The notes beneath the pieces were generated by a model. That model ran no database searches. It was not told the DNA's origin and saw only the letters and a program-made list of their open reading frames with translations. From Abditibacterium sp. (GTDB lineage Bacteria > Armatimonadota > Abditibacteriia > Abditibacteriales > Abditibacteriaceae), in assembly GCA_965199495.1 (NCBI GenBank), contig CBDASK010000003.1, positions 2,496,001-2,560,000 on the forward strand: 64,000 nt of DNA, read 5' to 3'. The position numbers and the translations under genes were made by a program. The first letter of the stretch is position 1; each line of letters starts with the position of its first letter. Shown here one piece after another: positions 18,815-29,817 of this stretch.

Positions 18815-20323
18815 ATGGCTGCAATTACACCACGAGGAATTACGCGACGGTTACCCACACCGCCCGTTGATGCCGACGAGACTTTCGATGTCATCGGCAA
18901 AGGGAACTCGCTCGCCAGCGTTTCGGCGCGGATTTCGGACGTCGTTTTGCGCGACCGTTTGCGTCCAGGCTGGGTTTTATTCCTGATTTTCGCGCTGATG
19001 CTGCTGGCGACGCTGGCCGTTTCGGTCGTTTATCTGGGCGCGATGGGCGTGGGCATCTGGGGCATCAACAACGCTGTGGCGTGGGGTTTCGACATCATCA
19101 ACTTCGTTTGGTGGATCGGTATCGGCCACGCCGGAACGTTGATTTCGGCGGTTCTGCTGCTCTTCCATCAGAACTGGCGCACTTCGATTAACCGCTTCGC
19201 CGAAGCGATGACGATTTTCGCCGTTTTCTGCGCGGGCCTTTACGTGCTTTCGCATCTGGGGCGCCACCAATATGCTTACTGGTTGTTCCCGTTGCCCAAC
19301 TCGATGGGCATGTGGCCCAACTTCCGTTCGCCACTCGAATGGGACGTGTTCGCGGTTTCGACCTACATGACGGTTTCGATCTTGTTCTGGTATGTCGGTT
19401 TGATTCCCGATTTGGCGACGTTGCGCGACCGCGCGGTTCGTCCGCTCATCAAGCGCCTTTACGGTATTGCATCGCTCGGCTGGCGTGGCTCCAATCAGCA
19501 CTGGCATCGCTACATGGCGGTCTACCTGATTTTGGCGGGCATCTCGACGCCGCTCGTTTTGTCGGTTCACTCGACCATCTCGTTCGACTTCGCGTTTTCG
19601 CAGAATCCGGGCTGGCACACGACGATTTTTCCGCCTTACTTTGTGGCGGGCGCTCTGGTCGGCGGCTTCGCGATGGTTTTGATCCTCGCGATTCCGATGC
19701 GCCAGATTTTCCAGTTGAAAGATATGATCACGATGCGCCATCTGGAAAACTGCGCCAAGATCATTCTGGCGACGGCGATTTTTGTGGCCTATGGTTACGG
19801 CATGGAAGTTTTCATGGCCTACTATTCGGGCGAAACCTACGAGCGTTTCATGACGGTCAACCGCTTCTTCGGGCCTTACGGCTGGAGCTATTGGGCGCTG
19901 ATGAGTTGTAACGTGCTGATTCCTCAACTGTTCTGGTTCAGGAAAATCCGCACCAGCTTGATCTGGCAGTTCGTGATTTCGATCATGGTCTCGATTGGCA
20001 TGTGGCTGGAGCGTTTCGTGATTATCGCCGTTCCTCTGACGCGCACCTTTTTGCCATCGTCGTGGCACACCTACGTGCCGACGGGTTGGGACTGGGCGCA
20101 GTATTGCGGATCGTTCGGCTTGTTCCTGACCTGCTTTTTGCTGTTTTGCCGCATGTTGCCAGTGATCGCGATGGCCGAAATGCGCGAACTCGTTCACCAC
20201 GAAGCGCATCACGGCCACGGCGCCGATCATGGCGCGGGCGGTCATGCGCACAGCGGCGAGGGCGGCGAACCCAACGCGGGCTTTTCGGGCAGCGACCCGT
20301 CGGTCGCGGCGGCGCGAGGTTAG
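18815..20323 (+). CDS. actC: Alternative complex III quinol-oxidising membrane subunit (NrfD/PsrC family)
   Basis: WGFDIINFVWWIGIGHAGTLIS, SPLEWDVFAV, LVLSVHS, GWHTTIFPPYFV. Confidence 0.93.
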   Translation: MAAITPRGITRRLPTPPVDADETFDVIGKGNSLASVSARISDVVLRDRLRPGWVLFLIFALMLLATLAVSVVYLGAMGVGIWGINNAVAWGFDIINFVWWIGIGHAGTLISAVLLLFHQNWRTSINRFAEAMTIFAVFCAGLYVLSHLGRHQYAYWLFPLPNSMGMWPNFRSPLEWDVFAVSTYMTVSILFWYVGLIPDLATLRDRAVRPLIKRLYGIASLGWRGSNQHWHRYMAVYLILAGISTPLVLSVHSTISFDFAFSQNPGWHTTIFPPYFVAGALVGGFAMVLILAIPMRQIFQLKDMITMRHLENCAKIILATAIFVAYGYGMEVFMAYYSGETYERFMTVNRFFGPYGWSYWALMSCNVLIPQLFWFRKIRTSLIWQFVISIMVSIGMWLERFVIIAVPLTRTFLPSSWHTYVPTGWDWAQYCGSFGLFLTCFLLFCRMLPVIAMAEMRELVHHEAHHGHGADHGAGGHAHSGEGGEPNAGFSGSDPSVAAARG

Positions 20324-20331
20324 GCTGAATT

Positions 20332-20359
20332 GCGAGGAATTAGCGCGCTAATTCCTCGC
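20332..20359. repeat. Perfect 28-bp palindrome between actC and actD
   Basis: GCGAGGAATTAGCGCGCTAATTCCTCGC is self-complementary and has no U-tract. Confidence 0.75.
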
Positions 20360-20384
20360 GTTATGAGTTGGAGGCAATCATATC

Positions 20385-21053
20385 ATGGCAGAAATTGACA
20401 TCCAAAAATCCGGCGCCGCGATCATCGAGAAACCGACGGTTGCGCGTGGCCCGCAAGAACTGATTTCGGGCAACAATCGCGGGCGCGATTTGCGCGCGGC
20501 GGAAGTCGCGCGCGCTCAGGGCAAGCACGAAGTCTGGGGCATCACGGCGGAATTCGACGAAACCGACCCGATTATCAACGCGGCGCGTCAGGCGCGCCAG
20601 TCCGGCTACACGCGCATGGATTCCTATACGCCGATGCCGGTCGAAGGGTTGAGCGAGGCGAGCGGTTATCGCAACAAGCAGATGCCCGCGCTGATGTTCA
20701 TGGGCGGCTTATTGGGTTGCTCGGCGGGCTACTGGATGCAGTGGTATGCCAACACGCAATCCTACGTTCTCAACGTCGGCGGGCGACCTTATCATACGTG
20801 GCCGAACTTTATCGTTATCACCTTCGAGGCGACGGTTTTGCTGACGGCGTTTATGGGCGTCTTTGGTATGCTGGCGCTCAACGGTTTGCCGACGCTTTAT
20901 CATCCGATGTTTGGCGTGGACGGATTCGACCGCGCTTCGCAAGATCGCTTCTTTTTTACCATTGAATCGCGCGACCCGGAGTTTGACTTCGATAAAACGT
21001 TGGCGTTTATGCAGAGTTTGGGAGCGCTTCGCGTTCAAGTTGTGGAAAAATAA
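20385..21053 (+). CDS. actD: Alternative complex III subunit D (DUF3341)
   Basis: YTPMPVEGL, NVGGRP, FIVITFE, RASQDRFF; operon position. Confidence 0.88.
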   Translation: MAEIDIQKSGAAIIEKPTVARGPQELISGNNRGRDLRAAEVARAQGKHEVWGITAEFDETDPIINAARQARQSGYTRMDSYTPMPVEGLSEASGYRNKQMPALMFMGGLLGCSAGYWMQWYANTQSYVLNVGGRPYHTWPNFIVITFEATVLLTAFMGVFGMLALNGLPTLYHPMFGVDGFDRASQDRFFFTIESRDPEFDFDKTLAFMQSLGALRVQVVEK

Positions 21054-21055
21054 AG

Positions 21056-21982
21056 ATGAAACTTAAATTTCTTGTGTTGGCGCCTCTGGCGTTGGGCGTT
21101 TTGAGCGGTTGCACACGTCAGGGCAAATTTCAGCCGGTTGACATGTGGAACGGTGCGCGCCTGAAACCTTACGAGGGCTTTCATTTTTTCGCCAACAACT
21201 CCGAGGCGCAGACGCCGCCTGCGGGCACCGTCGCGCGTTCGCAAAACCGCACCGACGAGCCGCTTTATTACGGCACACAAAACGGTACGCTGATTACCTA
21301 TAACCCGCTGATTAAGAACGCGAAAAATCCCGAACAGCGTTTGGCGATACTTCAGCGCGGCCAAGAGCGCTACCAAATTTATTGCCAGCCGTGTCACGGT
21401 TTGGGCGGTTATGGCGATGGTTTGATCGTCAAGCGCGGATTATCTGCGCCGCCTTCGTATCATCTGGATCGTCTGCGCAACGCCGCCGATGGGCATATTT
21501 ACGATGTTATCGCCAACGGTTACGGCTCGATGTATTCCTATGGTTCACGCGTGCCGACTCAAGATCGTTGGGCGATTGTGGCCTACATTCGCGCTTTGCA
21601 GCGTTCGCAAAACGCCATGCCGGGCGACGTTCCGGCGGGCAAAGATTTGAGCAAACCCGAAGTTGTGCCGCCAGTCAACAACGAGCGCAAATATCAGGGC
21701 GGGACGGGTGGGCACGCTTACAACCGCGCCAAAAATGGCAACGATAGCGACGTGGCTGATGGAACGGAAGATTTGCCGATGGTTGGCACGCAGCAGAACG
21801 ATTTGAATTACGGCAATATCCCCAGCGCGCAGTTGGGCCAGCCGAGCCGCGCGCCGGTTTCACCGCAGCAGAATTCGTCGCCTTCGCCGAGCATGAACGA
21901 ACCCGACAGTTCGCATTTGTTGGCGCCCAGTCGGGGCGAGGCCCAAGCGAAATCTTCGGCGACTTCGCCCGCCGCGCGCTAA
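21056..21982 (+). CDS. actE: Alternative complex III monoheme cytochrome c lipoprotein
   Basis: LSGC lipobox, CQPCH, GYGSMYSY, DRWAIVAYIRALQ. Confidence 0.9.
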   Translation: MKLKFLVLAPLALGVLSGCTRQGKFQPVDMWNGARLKPYEGFHFFANNSEAQTPPAGTVARSQNRTDEPLYYGTQNGTLITYNPLIKNAKNPEQRLAILQRGQERYQIYCQPCHGLGGYGDGLIVKRGLSAPPSYHLDRLRNAADGHIYDVIANGYGSMYSYGSRVPTQDRWAIVAYIRALQRSQNAMPGDVPAGKDLSKPEVVPPVNNERKYQGGTGGHAYNRAKNGNDSDVADGTEDLPMVGTQQNDLNYGNIPSAQLGQPSRAPVSPQQNSSPSPSMNEPDSSHLLAPSRGEAQAKSSATSPAAR

Positions 21983-22006
21983 AGATCGAGAGTGAAATTA
22001 AGTAAC

Positions 22007-23386
22007 ATGGCAGAAATCAACATCGAACACACCGAAGAAGGCGGCGGGCACTCGCATGACGAGGGCGCGCGCGCGATTCCCACGGTCAACGAACTTATCG
22101 GGCCGCGCTTGACGGCGCTCATCGCCAAAGCGCCCATTTATATGACGGTTGGCGGTGTGCTGACGCTCGCCGGTTTGCTCTTGTCGCCCAAATCGTTCTT
22201 CCAATCCTATCTGTTCGCCTATATGTTTTGGTTCGGCATCACGCTCGGCTCGACGGCGTGGCTGATGGCGCATCACGTTGTCGGCGGCGGCTGGGGCTTT
22301 TTGATGCGTCGCCCGCTCGAAGCGGCCACGCGCGTGTGGCCATTGACGCTGGCGCTCTTCGTGCCGCTCGCCATCGCGATGTTTTTGTCCATGACCAACG
22401 GGCACGCGATGGGCGCGCTTTATCACTGGGCCGATCCGCACGTCGTGGCTGCCGATGCCAGTCTGATCAAAAAAGCGGGTTATCTCAATCCTTTGGGCTG
22501 GCTGATTCGCGCGGGCGTCTGCTTCGCGATCTGGTTTGGACTGTCTTATCTGCTCAACAAATGGTCGCGCGAGGAAGACACTTCGCCTTCGCCGATTCCG
22601 CGCCACAGGCTCAGCATGTGGTCGGCGTTTGGTCTGGTCATCTTTCTATTTACCGTTACCATCGCTTCGGTGGATTGGGTAATGTCCATCGAGCCGCACT
22701 GGTATTCTGCGCTGTGGGGCGCGATTTTCTTGGTCGGCGAAGCATTGTCCACGCTCTCGATTATGGTCGTCATCATCTATAACATGATGAAGGGCACGAC
22801 GCTGTTCAAAAGCATCGAAACGCGCTATTTTCGCGATATCGGCAACTTGATGTTGGCCTTCACGATTTTTTGGGCCTACACCAACTATTCGCAGTTCATG
22901 ATCCAGTATTCGGGCAACCTGGCCGAAGAAGCGACGTGGCAACTGCACCGCACGACGCACGGCTGGCAGTTCTTTGGCGCCGTCAATATCGTGTTGCACT
23001 TCGCGTTGCCGTTCTTGTTCGCTTTGATGTCGATCACCAAAGTCAACATGGGCAACCTGCGCAAACTGGCGATGTTCTTGATTTTCGCGCGCTTCGTTGA
23101 TTTGTTCTTTTACGTGGTGCCGACGTTTCGCGTTAGCCCGCTCGATGGATTGCCCGGTGGCGCTTATCCGTTCGCGTTTCTGGCCGACATCGGTTTGCCG
23201 ATTTTGCTGGGCGGATTGTGGCTCTGGGCATGGGCGACGCAGATGAAGAAAGTCAACGCGCCGATTGTGCCGCTTTTCGACCCGCGCATCGGCGACGACG
23301 CGTGGCCGCTCCAGGCGGCGGAAACGACCGCAGCGAACACGGGTTCGAGCGGACGCACTTTGAAGGAGGCAACAATCAATGGCTGA
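22007..23386 (+). CDS. actF: Alternative complex III membrane subunit F
   Basis: ~10 TM segments; DWVMSIEPHWYS, FWAYTNYSQFM, GNLAEE. Confidence 0.88.
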   Translation: MAEINIEHTEEGGGHSHDEGARAIPTVNELIGPRLTALIAKAPIYMTVGGVLTLAGLLLSPKSFFQSYLFAYMFWFGITLGSTAWLMAHHVVGGGWGFLMRRPLEAATRVWPLTLALFVPLAIAMFLSMTNGHAMGALYHWADPHVVAADASLIKKAGYLNPLGWLIRAGVCFAIWFGLSYLLNKWSREEDTSPSPIPRHRLSMWSAFGLVIFLFTVTIASVDWVMSIEPHWYSALWGAIFLVGEALSTLSIMVVIIYNMMKGTTLFKSIETRYFRDIGNLMLAFTIFWAYTNYSQFMIQYSGNLAEEATWQLHRTTHGWQFFGAVNIVLHFALPFLFALMSITKVNMGNLRKLAMFLIFARFVDLFFYVVPTFRVSPLDGLPGGAYPFAFLADIGLPILLGGLWLWAWATQMKKVNAPIVPLFDPRIGDDAWPLQAAETTAANTGSSGRTLKEATING

Positions 23387-24056
23387 TCACAAACCACAGG
23401 GCACACAACAATACGCCGTCGAATCGGGCTACGAATCGGGCGACGCCAACGTCAAATCCATCGTCACCGGGCTTTCGATAATTTTAGTTTCGACCGGCGT
23501 TGTTATGGCGGCGATGTTCGGTATGTTCAACGTGTTGAACGGACGCATCAACGACGAGCAGGAGAAAACTCCTGCCGCAATGTCGCAGGTCGTCGTTCCG
23601 CCGCAGCCACGCCTGTTTCCGTCGCCCTACACTGATACGGCGCCCGAAGCCTACCAATATAAGCAGTCAGCGCCCGATTTATATCCGTGGGATGTGCGCA
23701 ACGTCGAAATCGAGAATCAATACGACGAAACCAACGTTTACGCCAAAGACGCGAAAAGCGATACGCGCATTCCCATCGCCGATGCGATGGCTTTGGAAGC
23801 GGGCATAAATCCCAATTCCAAAACTGGCCCGAATGGAACACCTGCCGTGATGTCATGGCAACCGGAATATCCGATTTTGATGGCGGGTAAAACTGGGCCG
23901 ACGATGAATTTATCGTATGGCTCCACAAAGGTAAGCGAAGAGATTTTCGATTTGCGGCCCAAATATTGGGAAACGCAGGACGAAAAGTTCACCGTCGAGT
24001 CGTCGGGCGGACGCACATTGGTCGAAGGCAACGACGTGGCTGATGTCAGCCGGTAG
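23379..24056 (+). CDS. Single-TM protein, ActG-like
   Basis: GYESGDANVK, TM segment, PPQPRL and RIPIADAM; sits between actF and sco. Confidence 0.65.
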   Translation: MADHKPQGTQQYAVESGYESGDANVKSIVTGLSIILVSTGVVMAAMFGMFNVLNGRINDEQEKTPAAMSQVVVPPQPRLFPSPYTDTAPEAYQYKQSAPDLYPWDVRNVEIENQYDETNVYAKDAKSDTRIPIADAMALEAGINPNSKTGPNGTPAVMSWQPEYPILMAGKTGPTMNLSYGSTKVSEEIFDLRPKYWETQDEKFTVESSGGRTLVEGNDVADVSR

Positions 24057-24195
24057 AGATTTGGTGATGTAAGAAACCTCTTTTGGTGCAGCATCTCTTG
24101 CCACTGCGACAAGTGATAAGCAACGCCGGGCGCGCCGCCGGTTCGTCAAACTCTTACTTGTTCCGCTTCTCGTGTGAAACGGGGAAAGTCGTATC

Positions 24196-25194
24196 ATGTT
24201 CAACACGCAACGCTCTCGCACTTTCTGGCCCGCGCTTCTCTTAATGGGATGCGCGTCGCTTCTCGCTCACGCTCCGGCGCGCGCGCAATCTCAAACCGCG
24301 CCTGCCGGGCTGGTGCCGATTGCCCCGCAGGGCGATCTGGGTTCCAATCACGCGGGCAAAGATGGGCAGAACATCTTCGATACCACCGCGCCCAACGGCG
24401 GCGCGCCCGCCGATTTGGTGAGTCGCGTTGGCATTGATCAGAATCTCGACGCCAAAATTCCGCTCGATTTGCAGTTCAAAGACGAAGACGGCAAAACGGT
24501 GGAACTGGCCGATTACTTCGGCAAAAAGCCGGTGCTGATCACGATGTTGCAGTTGACCTGCGACCAAGTCTGTTCGGCGCAGTTTGGCGCGATGAATACG
24601 GCGTTTAAAGACCCGAAATTTGGTTTTACGCCCGGCAAAGAGTTCGAGATTTTGACGGTTTCGATTGATCCGAAAGAAACGCCGATGATCGCCAAAGACG
24701 TTCAGGACGAGCGTATCAAAGATTTGGGTAAGCCCGAAGCGCGCGAGGGTTGGCATTTTCTGACCGGCACCAAAGAAAACACCAGGGCTTTGGCCAAAGC
24801 TCTGGGCATCAAATATATCTGGGAAGAGAAGAACGGGCAGTTCATTCATCCCGACGGGATTGTGATGGCGACGCCAGATGGTCATGTGTCGCGCTACTTC
24901 ATGCGTTTGGATTACGATCCGCGCGCTATGCGTTACAGCATTGTCGAGGCGTCCAAAGATCGGGTCGGCACCATCATTGACCAAATCGCGTTGTCGTGTT
25001 TTCACTACAATCCGACGACCGGCAAATATACGTTGCAATTTATGCTGGTGCTGCGTTTATTGGGCGGCGCGTTTGTGCTGGGAAGCGTAGGCGCGATTGC
25101 GTTTGCATTGATGCGCGAAAAGCGCGGGCCAAAGCCCGGCGCAGCAGCCACGACGGGCGCGGCGGGCAACAACAAGAAAGTTAAAACGGCTTAA
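24196..25194 (+). CDS. sco: SCO1/SenC family copper chaperone
   Basis: CDQVC (CxxxC), VSIDP, WHFLTG, conserved His in FIHP. Confidence 0.9.
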   Translation: MFNTQRSRTFWPALLLMGCASLLAHAPARAQSQTAPAGLVPIAPQGDLGSNHAGKDGQNIFDTTAPNGGAPADLVSRVGIDQNLDAKIPLDLQFKDEDGKTVELADYFGKKPVLITMLQLTCDQVCSAQFGAMNTAFKDPKFGFTPGKEFEILTVSIDPKETPMIAKDVQDERIKDLGKPEAREGWHFLTGTKENTRALAKALGIKYIWEEKNGQFIHPDGIVMATPDGHVSRYFMRLDYDPRAMRYSIVEASKDRVGTIIDQIALSCFHYNPTTGKYTLQFMLVLRLLGGAFVLGSVGAIAFALMREKRGPKPGAAATTGAAGNNKKVKTA

Positions 25195-25227
25195 ACTGAA
25201 GTTTAGGTCTCATCTGACGTATTTCAA

Positions 25228-26754
25228 ATGGAACAACTTTTTCCTTATCTCCTGCCGCAGGCGTCGAGTTTCGCGCAGGGCATTGACTCCGTTTACTGGG
25301 TAATCACGGGGATTAGCTTCGCGTTTTTTCTGGGCGTGGCGTTCTTCTTGCTGCTCTTCGTGACGCGCTATAAACAGGGCACTAAAGTCAACCGCGTGTT
25401 GCCCGCACACGAAGGTATCGCGCTCGAACTGATCTGGACGGTCATTCCTCTGTGTATCGCGCTGTGCCTGTTTCTCTATTCGACTATCGTCTATTTTCAG
25501 ACGGTGCGCGCGCCGCGCGATGCCACCGAAATTTTCGTGGTTGGCAAACAGTGGATGTGGAAAATTCAGCATCCCAACGGTCGTTGGGAGATGAACGAAA
25601 TCCATATTCCTGTCGGCAAGCCGGTCAAGTTGACGATGATTTCGGAAGACGTGATTCACGACTTCGGTCTGCCCGCGTTTCGTCTGAACATGGACGTTGT
25701 GCCCGGTCGCTACACGCAGATGTGGTTTAACCCAACGCGCGTTGGCCGTTATCATTTGTTCTGCGCGCAATATTGTGGCACCAACCACGCGATTATGGGC
25801 GGCTACGTCACCGTGATGGAGCCGAACGATTTCGAGAAGTGGATGCAGACCGGCAACGTGTCGGCTTCGTTGGCTTCGCAGGGCGAGACCCTGTTCCGCG
25901 AACAGGGCTGCACCGGTTGTCACGGCCCGATGGCGAACGTGCGCGCGCCTTCTTTGGCGGGTATTTACGGAAAAGACATCGCCGTGCAAATTCCCGGCTC
26001 GCAGCCGTGGAACGCCAATATTCCGGCTCAAACCGTGAAAGCCGATTATCGGTATTTGCACGATTCGATTATCGTTCCAGCCAAGGAAGTCGCGGCGGGC
26101 TATAAACCGATTATGCCCTCTTATCAGGGCCGTTTGACCGAAGAGCAAGTTTTGCAATTGGTGGACTACATCAAAACATTAGCCACGTCGAACGGCACCT
26201 CAAATGGCGCGGCGACGGGTTATCAGCCTTATCCGGGACAGGAGACTGGCGGCAACGCGGTGGGGCGCAGCGAATCGGGCGATTATAAAACTGGCAAAGA
26301 GCAAGTCGGCAACTCGACCGGCGATATGTCGGACAACATAGACCGCGAGGCGACTTATCGCAAGCCGTTCACTTTGACAACGCGCGGTGACCCCGAAAGC
26401 GGTATTTTGGGCACGGGTAACGCGACCGGCGATATGTCGAATAACGTGGATCGCGAGAATATCTTTAAAGGCGGCGGCGCGGTTTCCAATACGGCGACCA
26501 TTGATCGCGCGGCGGGCAGTATGCAGGGCAAAAATTATCAGGGACGTGGCGGTTTGAGCGTTTACTCGACCGATAACTACGAGCAATCGAGCGCCAAAGC
26601 GTTTACTGGCGGCGTGGGTTCGGCGCCGATTCAAGGCGGACGCAATTCGGGGAGCCAATATGGCGGCAAGCACGTTTCGGGCGCGGGCAATGCGGGTGTG
26701 CGTGGCGGCGGCGACGCGGCCAGCCTGACGAGCGGCGGAGCGACCGCGCGATAA
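25228..26754 (+). CDS. coxB: Cytochrome c oxidase subunit II with fused cytochrome c (caa3 type) and long C-terminal tail
   Basis: LELIWTVIP, KQWMW, SEDVIH, CuA motif CAQYCGTNHAIM, heme c motif CTGCH. Confidence 0.93.
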   Translation: MEQLFPYLLPQASSFAQGIDSVYWVITGISFAFFLGVAFFLLLFVTRYKQGTKVNRVLPAHEGIALELIWTVIPLCIALCLFLYSTIVYFQTVRAPRDATEIFVVGKQWMWKIQHPNGRWEMNEIHIPVGKPVKLTMISEDVIHDFGLPAFRLNMDVVPGRYTQMWFNPTRVGRYHLFCAQYCGTNHAIMGGYVTVMEPNDFEKWMQTGNVSASLASQGETLFREQGCTGCHGPMANVRAPSLAGIYGKDIAVQIPGSQPWNANIPAQTVKADYRYLHDSIIVPAKEVAAGYKPIMPSYQGRLTEEQVLQLVDYIKTLATSNGTSNGAATGYQPYPGQETGGNAVGRSESGDYKTGKEQVGNSTGDMSDNIDREATYRKPFTLTTRGDPESGILGTGNATGDMSNNVDRENIFKGGGAVSNTATIDRAAGSMQGKNYQGRGGLSVYSTDNYEQSSAKAFTGGVGSAPIQGGRNSGSQYGGKHVSGAGNAGVRGGGDAASLTSGGATAR

Positions 26755-26840
26755 AGTCGAATTGGTAAAGGCGCGTTGCCTTACTATTTCGCAAAAGGAC
26801 AGTTCCAACATCCTCGAAGTTTGAGGAAACTAAAGTCACA

Positions 26841-28769
26841 ATGAAGTTGAACAATCCCAACGAACAACCCGAAAACGCCACCGGCGGTTCTATCGGCCCA
26901 CAAGGCCCGATGGAGCATGGCGCGGGCGCGGCGCAGGCCGCCAACGGCGCGCAGGTCGAAGTGGCCACGGTCAATCGCGGCACCGCCGCCAATGGCGCCT
27001 CGATCTACACTCAGACGCAGGAAGCCTCCGATCCGCACAATATTGGTGTGCCGTTCGAGTCGTATCTCAATAACGATTTCTCGTGGAAGTCGTGGATTTA
27101 CACCTTAGATCACAAACGCATCTGCATGATGTATTTGGCGTTTATCTCGGTGATGTTTTTGCTCGGCGGCGCGGCGGCGTCGTTGATTCGCTATAACCTC
27201 ATCGAGCCGCAGGGCATGCTGGGCGCCGAAGCCTACAACCGCGCGTTTTCGGCTCACGGCATCATCATGGTGTTCTTCTTTCTGGTGCCGTCTATTCCGG
27301 CGACGCTGGGCAACTTTTTGGTGCCGCTGATGATCGGCGCCAAAGACGTGGCTTTTCCGAAGTTGAACATGTTGTCGTTTTACCTTTATGCGGCGGGCGC
27401 TCTTTTGGCGCTCTTCGCGATGGTCGCGGGCGGCGTTGATACCGGTTGGACATTTTATGCGCCGCTCTCTTCGACGTTTAGCAATGGTATGGTGACATGG
27501 GTCATCATGGGCGTGTTCTTGGCGGGCTTTTCGTCCATCTTGACCGGCCTGAACTTCATCGTCACCATTCACAAAATGCGCGCGCCGGGCATGACGTGGT
27601 TTCGCATGCCGCTCTTTATGTGGTCAATGTATGCGACTTCGTTGATTCAGGTTTTGGGCACGCCCGTCGTGGCTATCACTCTGGTCTGCATCATCGTCGA
27701 GAAATCGCTGGGCGTTGGCATCTTCGATCCCAAACTCGGCGGCGATCCGGTATTGTTCCAGCACATGTTCTGGTTCTATTCGCATCCCGCCGTTTACATC
27801 ATGTTGCTGCCGGGCATGGCGGTTATTTCGGAAGTTATCGCTTGTTTCTCGCGCAAGCCGATTTATGGTTACAAGTTCGTGGCGTTCTCGTCGCTGGCCA
27901 TCGCGATTTTTGGCTTCTTAGTGTGGGGACATCATATGTTCGTTTCGAGCCAGTCGCCTTACGCGGGCATGGTCTTCTCGCTGATTTCGTTTCTGGTGGC
28001 GATTCCTTCGGCGGTTAAAACGTTTAACTGGACGGCGACGCTTTACAAAGGCTCGATTCGCCTCGACACGCCGATGATTTATGCGTTGGGCTTCATCGGC
28101 CTGTTCGCCATCGGCGGGCTGACGGGTTTGCACCTTGCGGCGCTGGCGACCGATGTTTATCTGCACGACACCTACTTCGTCATCGCTCACTTTCACTACG
28201 TGATGGTTGGCGGCACCTTATCGGCTTACCTGGCGGGGCTGCACTTCTGGTGGCCCAAGATGACCGGCAAAATGTATAACGAGACGTGGGGCAGGGTCTC
28301 GGCACTCATTTTGTTCATTGGCTTCAACCTGACGTTCTTCCCGCAGTTCTTGCTGGGTATGTGGGGCATGCACCGTCGCTATCATGCGTATCCGCCGGAA
28401 ATGCAGTTCCTCAACATCATGTCGAGCGCGGGCGCGAGCGTTTTGGCTTTGGGCTTCCTTTTGCCAGCGTTCTATCTGACTTGGAGCCTGAAATACGGAA
28501 AGCAAGCGCCAGCCAATCCGTTTGGCGCGACCGGTTTGGAATGGCAGACGACTTCACCGCCGCCGTTGACTAACTTTGAAGTGATTCCAATTGTGACGAC
28601 CGGCCCTTACGCCTATGACGCCGTTGAGTCAGAGCGTATTTACGAGAAGACCGAAGCGATCACCGCAGAGGTTCGCCAACGAGTTGCCGCCGCCGAACGC
28701 GAACGCGACGTGGCTTTAACTGTCGAACGCGAGGGTTTGGGAGCGCACGAAGAGAAAACACATGTCTAA
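26841..28769 (+). CDS. coxA: Cytochrome c oxidase subunit I, type A2
   Basis: [20 protein letters not shown] (YS motif of type A2), VWGHH, HFHY. Confidence 0.96.
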   Translation: MKLNNPNEQPENATGGSIGPQGPMEHGAGAAQAANGAQVEVATVNRGTAANGASIYTQTQEASDPHNIGVPFESYLNNDFSWKSWIYTLDHKRICMMYLAFISVMFLLGGAAASLIRYNLIEPQGMLGAEAYNRAFSAHGIIMVFFFLVPSIPATLGNFLVPLMIGAKDVAFPKLNMLSFYLYAAGALLALFAMVAGGVDTGWTFYAPLSSTFSNGMVTWVIMGVFLAGFSSILTGLNFIVTIHKMRAPGMTWFRMPLFMWSMYATSLIQVLGTPVVAITLVCIIVEKSLGVGIFDPKLGGDPVLFQHMFWFYSHPAVYIMLLPGMAVISEVIACFSRKPIYGYKFVAFSSLAIAIFGFLVWGHHMFVSSQSPYAGMVFSLISFLVAIPSAVKTFNWTATLYKGSIRLDTPMIYALGFIGLFAIGGLTGLHLAALATDVYLHDTYFVIAHFHYVMVGGTLSAYLAGLHFWWPKMTGKMYNETWGRVSALILFIGFNLTFFPQFLLGMWGMHRRYHAYPPEMQFLNIMSSAGASVLALGFLLPAFYLTWSLKYGKQAPANPFGATGLEWQTTSPPPLTNFEVIPIVTTGPYAYDAVESERIYEKTEAITAEVRQRVAAAERERDVALTVEREGLGAHEEKTHV

Positions 28770-29742
28770 TATCGCCATCGAACCTATCGAGCGGCCCGCC
28801 GCCGTCGAACACAGCCACGCCGCGCACGGACACGATGCGCATGGCGATGGGCATCACGGCCCGGCGTTCCTGCATCACCATTTCACCGATGTCGCGCAAC
28901 AGCGCGAGTCGAACCAATTGGGCATGTGGGTTTTCATGGTCACCGAGATCATGACGTTCGGCGCGCTGTTTTTCGTTTATACGCTCTATCGCCATCTCTA
29001 CGATGTTCAGGCGTTTCAAAACGGAATGATTTCGCCTTACGGCACTGGCTCGCATCTGCTCAACAATAATCTGGGTTTTACCAACACTCTGGTGCTGCTC
29101 ACTTCTTCGCTGACGGTCGCCGCCGCCGTTCATTACGCGGGGCTTAAAGATAGGAAGAAGTTGATCGCATTGATGGGCGTAACCTGGATTTTGGGTTTCA
29201 TATTCTTGGGCATTAAAGCCGTCGAATGGCACGCCGATTACGAAGAAGGTTTGGTGCCCGGCCTCAGTTGGAATCCGCGCAATGTTTTGGCGGAACACGG
29301 GTTCGTTTTGGCGACGCCGACTGGCGTGCAGGGCGAAGCATATTTGCCCGGTTTGAACGGAAATCCTCCGGCTGCGGTCGTGACCGAAGATAACGGCAAA
29401 GCGATGTATGAGCATACGCTACAAAGCATTAAAGCCGACGAAGCGGCGAGTGGCGCGGAAGCCGGACACGCCGAAGAAGCGGAACACGTGTATCGCGGCG
29501 TGGTGAACGGCAATCACATGCAGATGTTCTTCGTGATTTACTTCACCATGACCGGTCTGCACGCGATTCACATGATCATCGGTCTTTTCTTGTTGGCGAT
29601 TTACATTGTTCATGCGCGCAATGGAATGTTTACCGCCGAAGCCAACGATCAGCCGGTCGAAATTTTCGGATTGTATTGGCACTTTGTTGACATCGTCTGG
29701 GTGTTCCTTTATCCATTGCTCTATCTGGCCACCGTGCAGTAA
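28762..29742 (+). CDS. coxC: Cytochrome c oxidase subunit III
   Basis: [36 protein letters not shown]. Confidence 0.93.
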   Translation: MSNIAIEPIERPAAVEHSHAAHGHDAHGDGHHGPAFLHHHFTDVAQQRESNQLGMWVFMVTEIMTFGALFFVYTLYRHLYDVQAFQNGMISPYGTGSHLLNNNLGFTNTLVLLTSSLTVAAAVHYAGLKDRKKLIALMGVTWILGFIFLGIKAVEWHADYEEGLVPGLSWNPRNVLAEHGFVLATPTGVQGEAYLPGLNGNPPAAVVTEDNGKAMYEHTLQSIKADEAASGAEAGHAEEAEHVYRGVVNGNHMQMFFVIYFTMTGLHAIHMIIGLFLLAIYIVHARNGMFTAEANDQPVEIFGLYWHFVDIVWVFLYPLLYLATVQ

Positions 29743-29817
29743 GGACAGCTTAAAAGGTAAAAATTCTTTGACCTGTTTTTATCCTTCATCGCTTATCCTT
29801 CCATTCTTTCTAAAATC

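Noticed and set aside
14841..20251. Long antisense ORFs (e.g. 14841..16139, 18977..20251) as real genes
   Set aside because: They are shadow frames of strongly codon-biased GC-rich genes with no recognisable motifs; the same applies to most alternative ORFs in the track.
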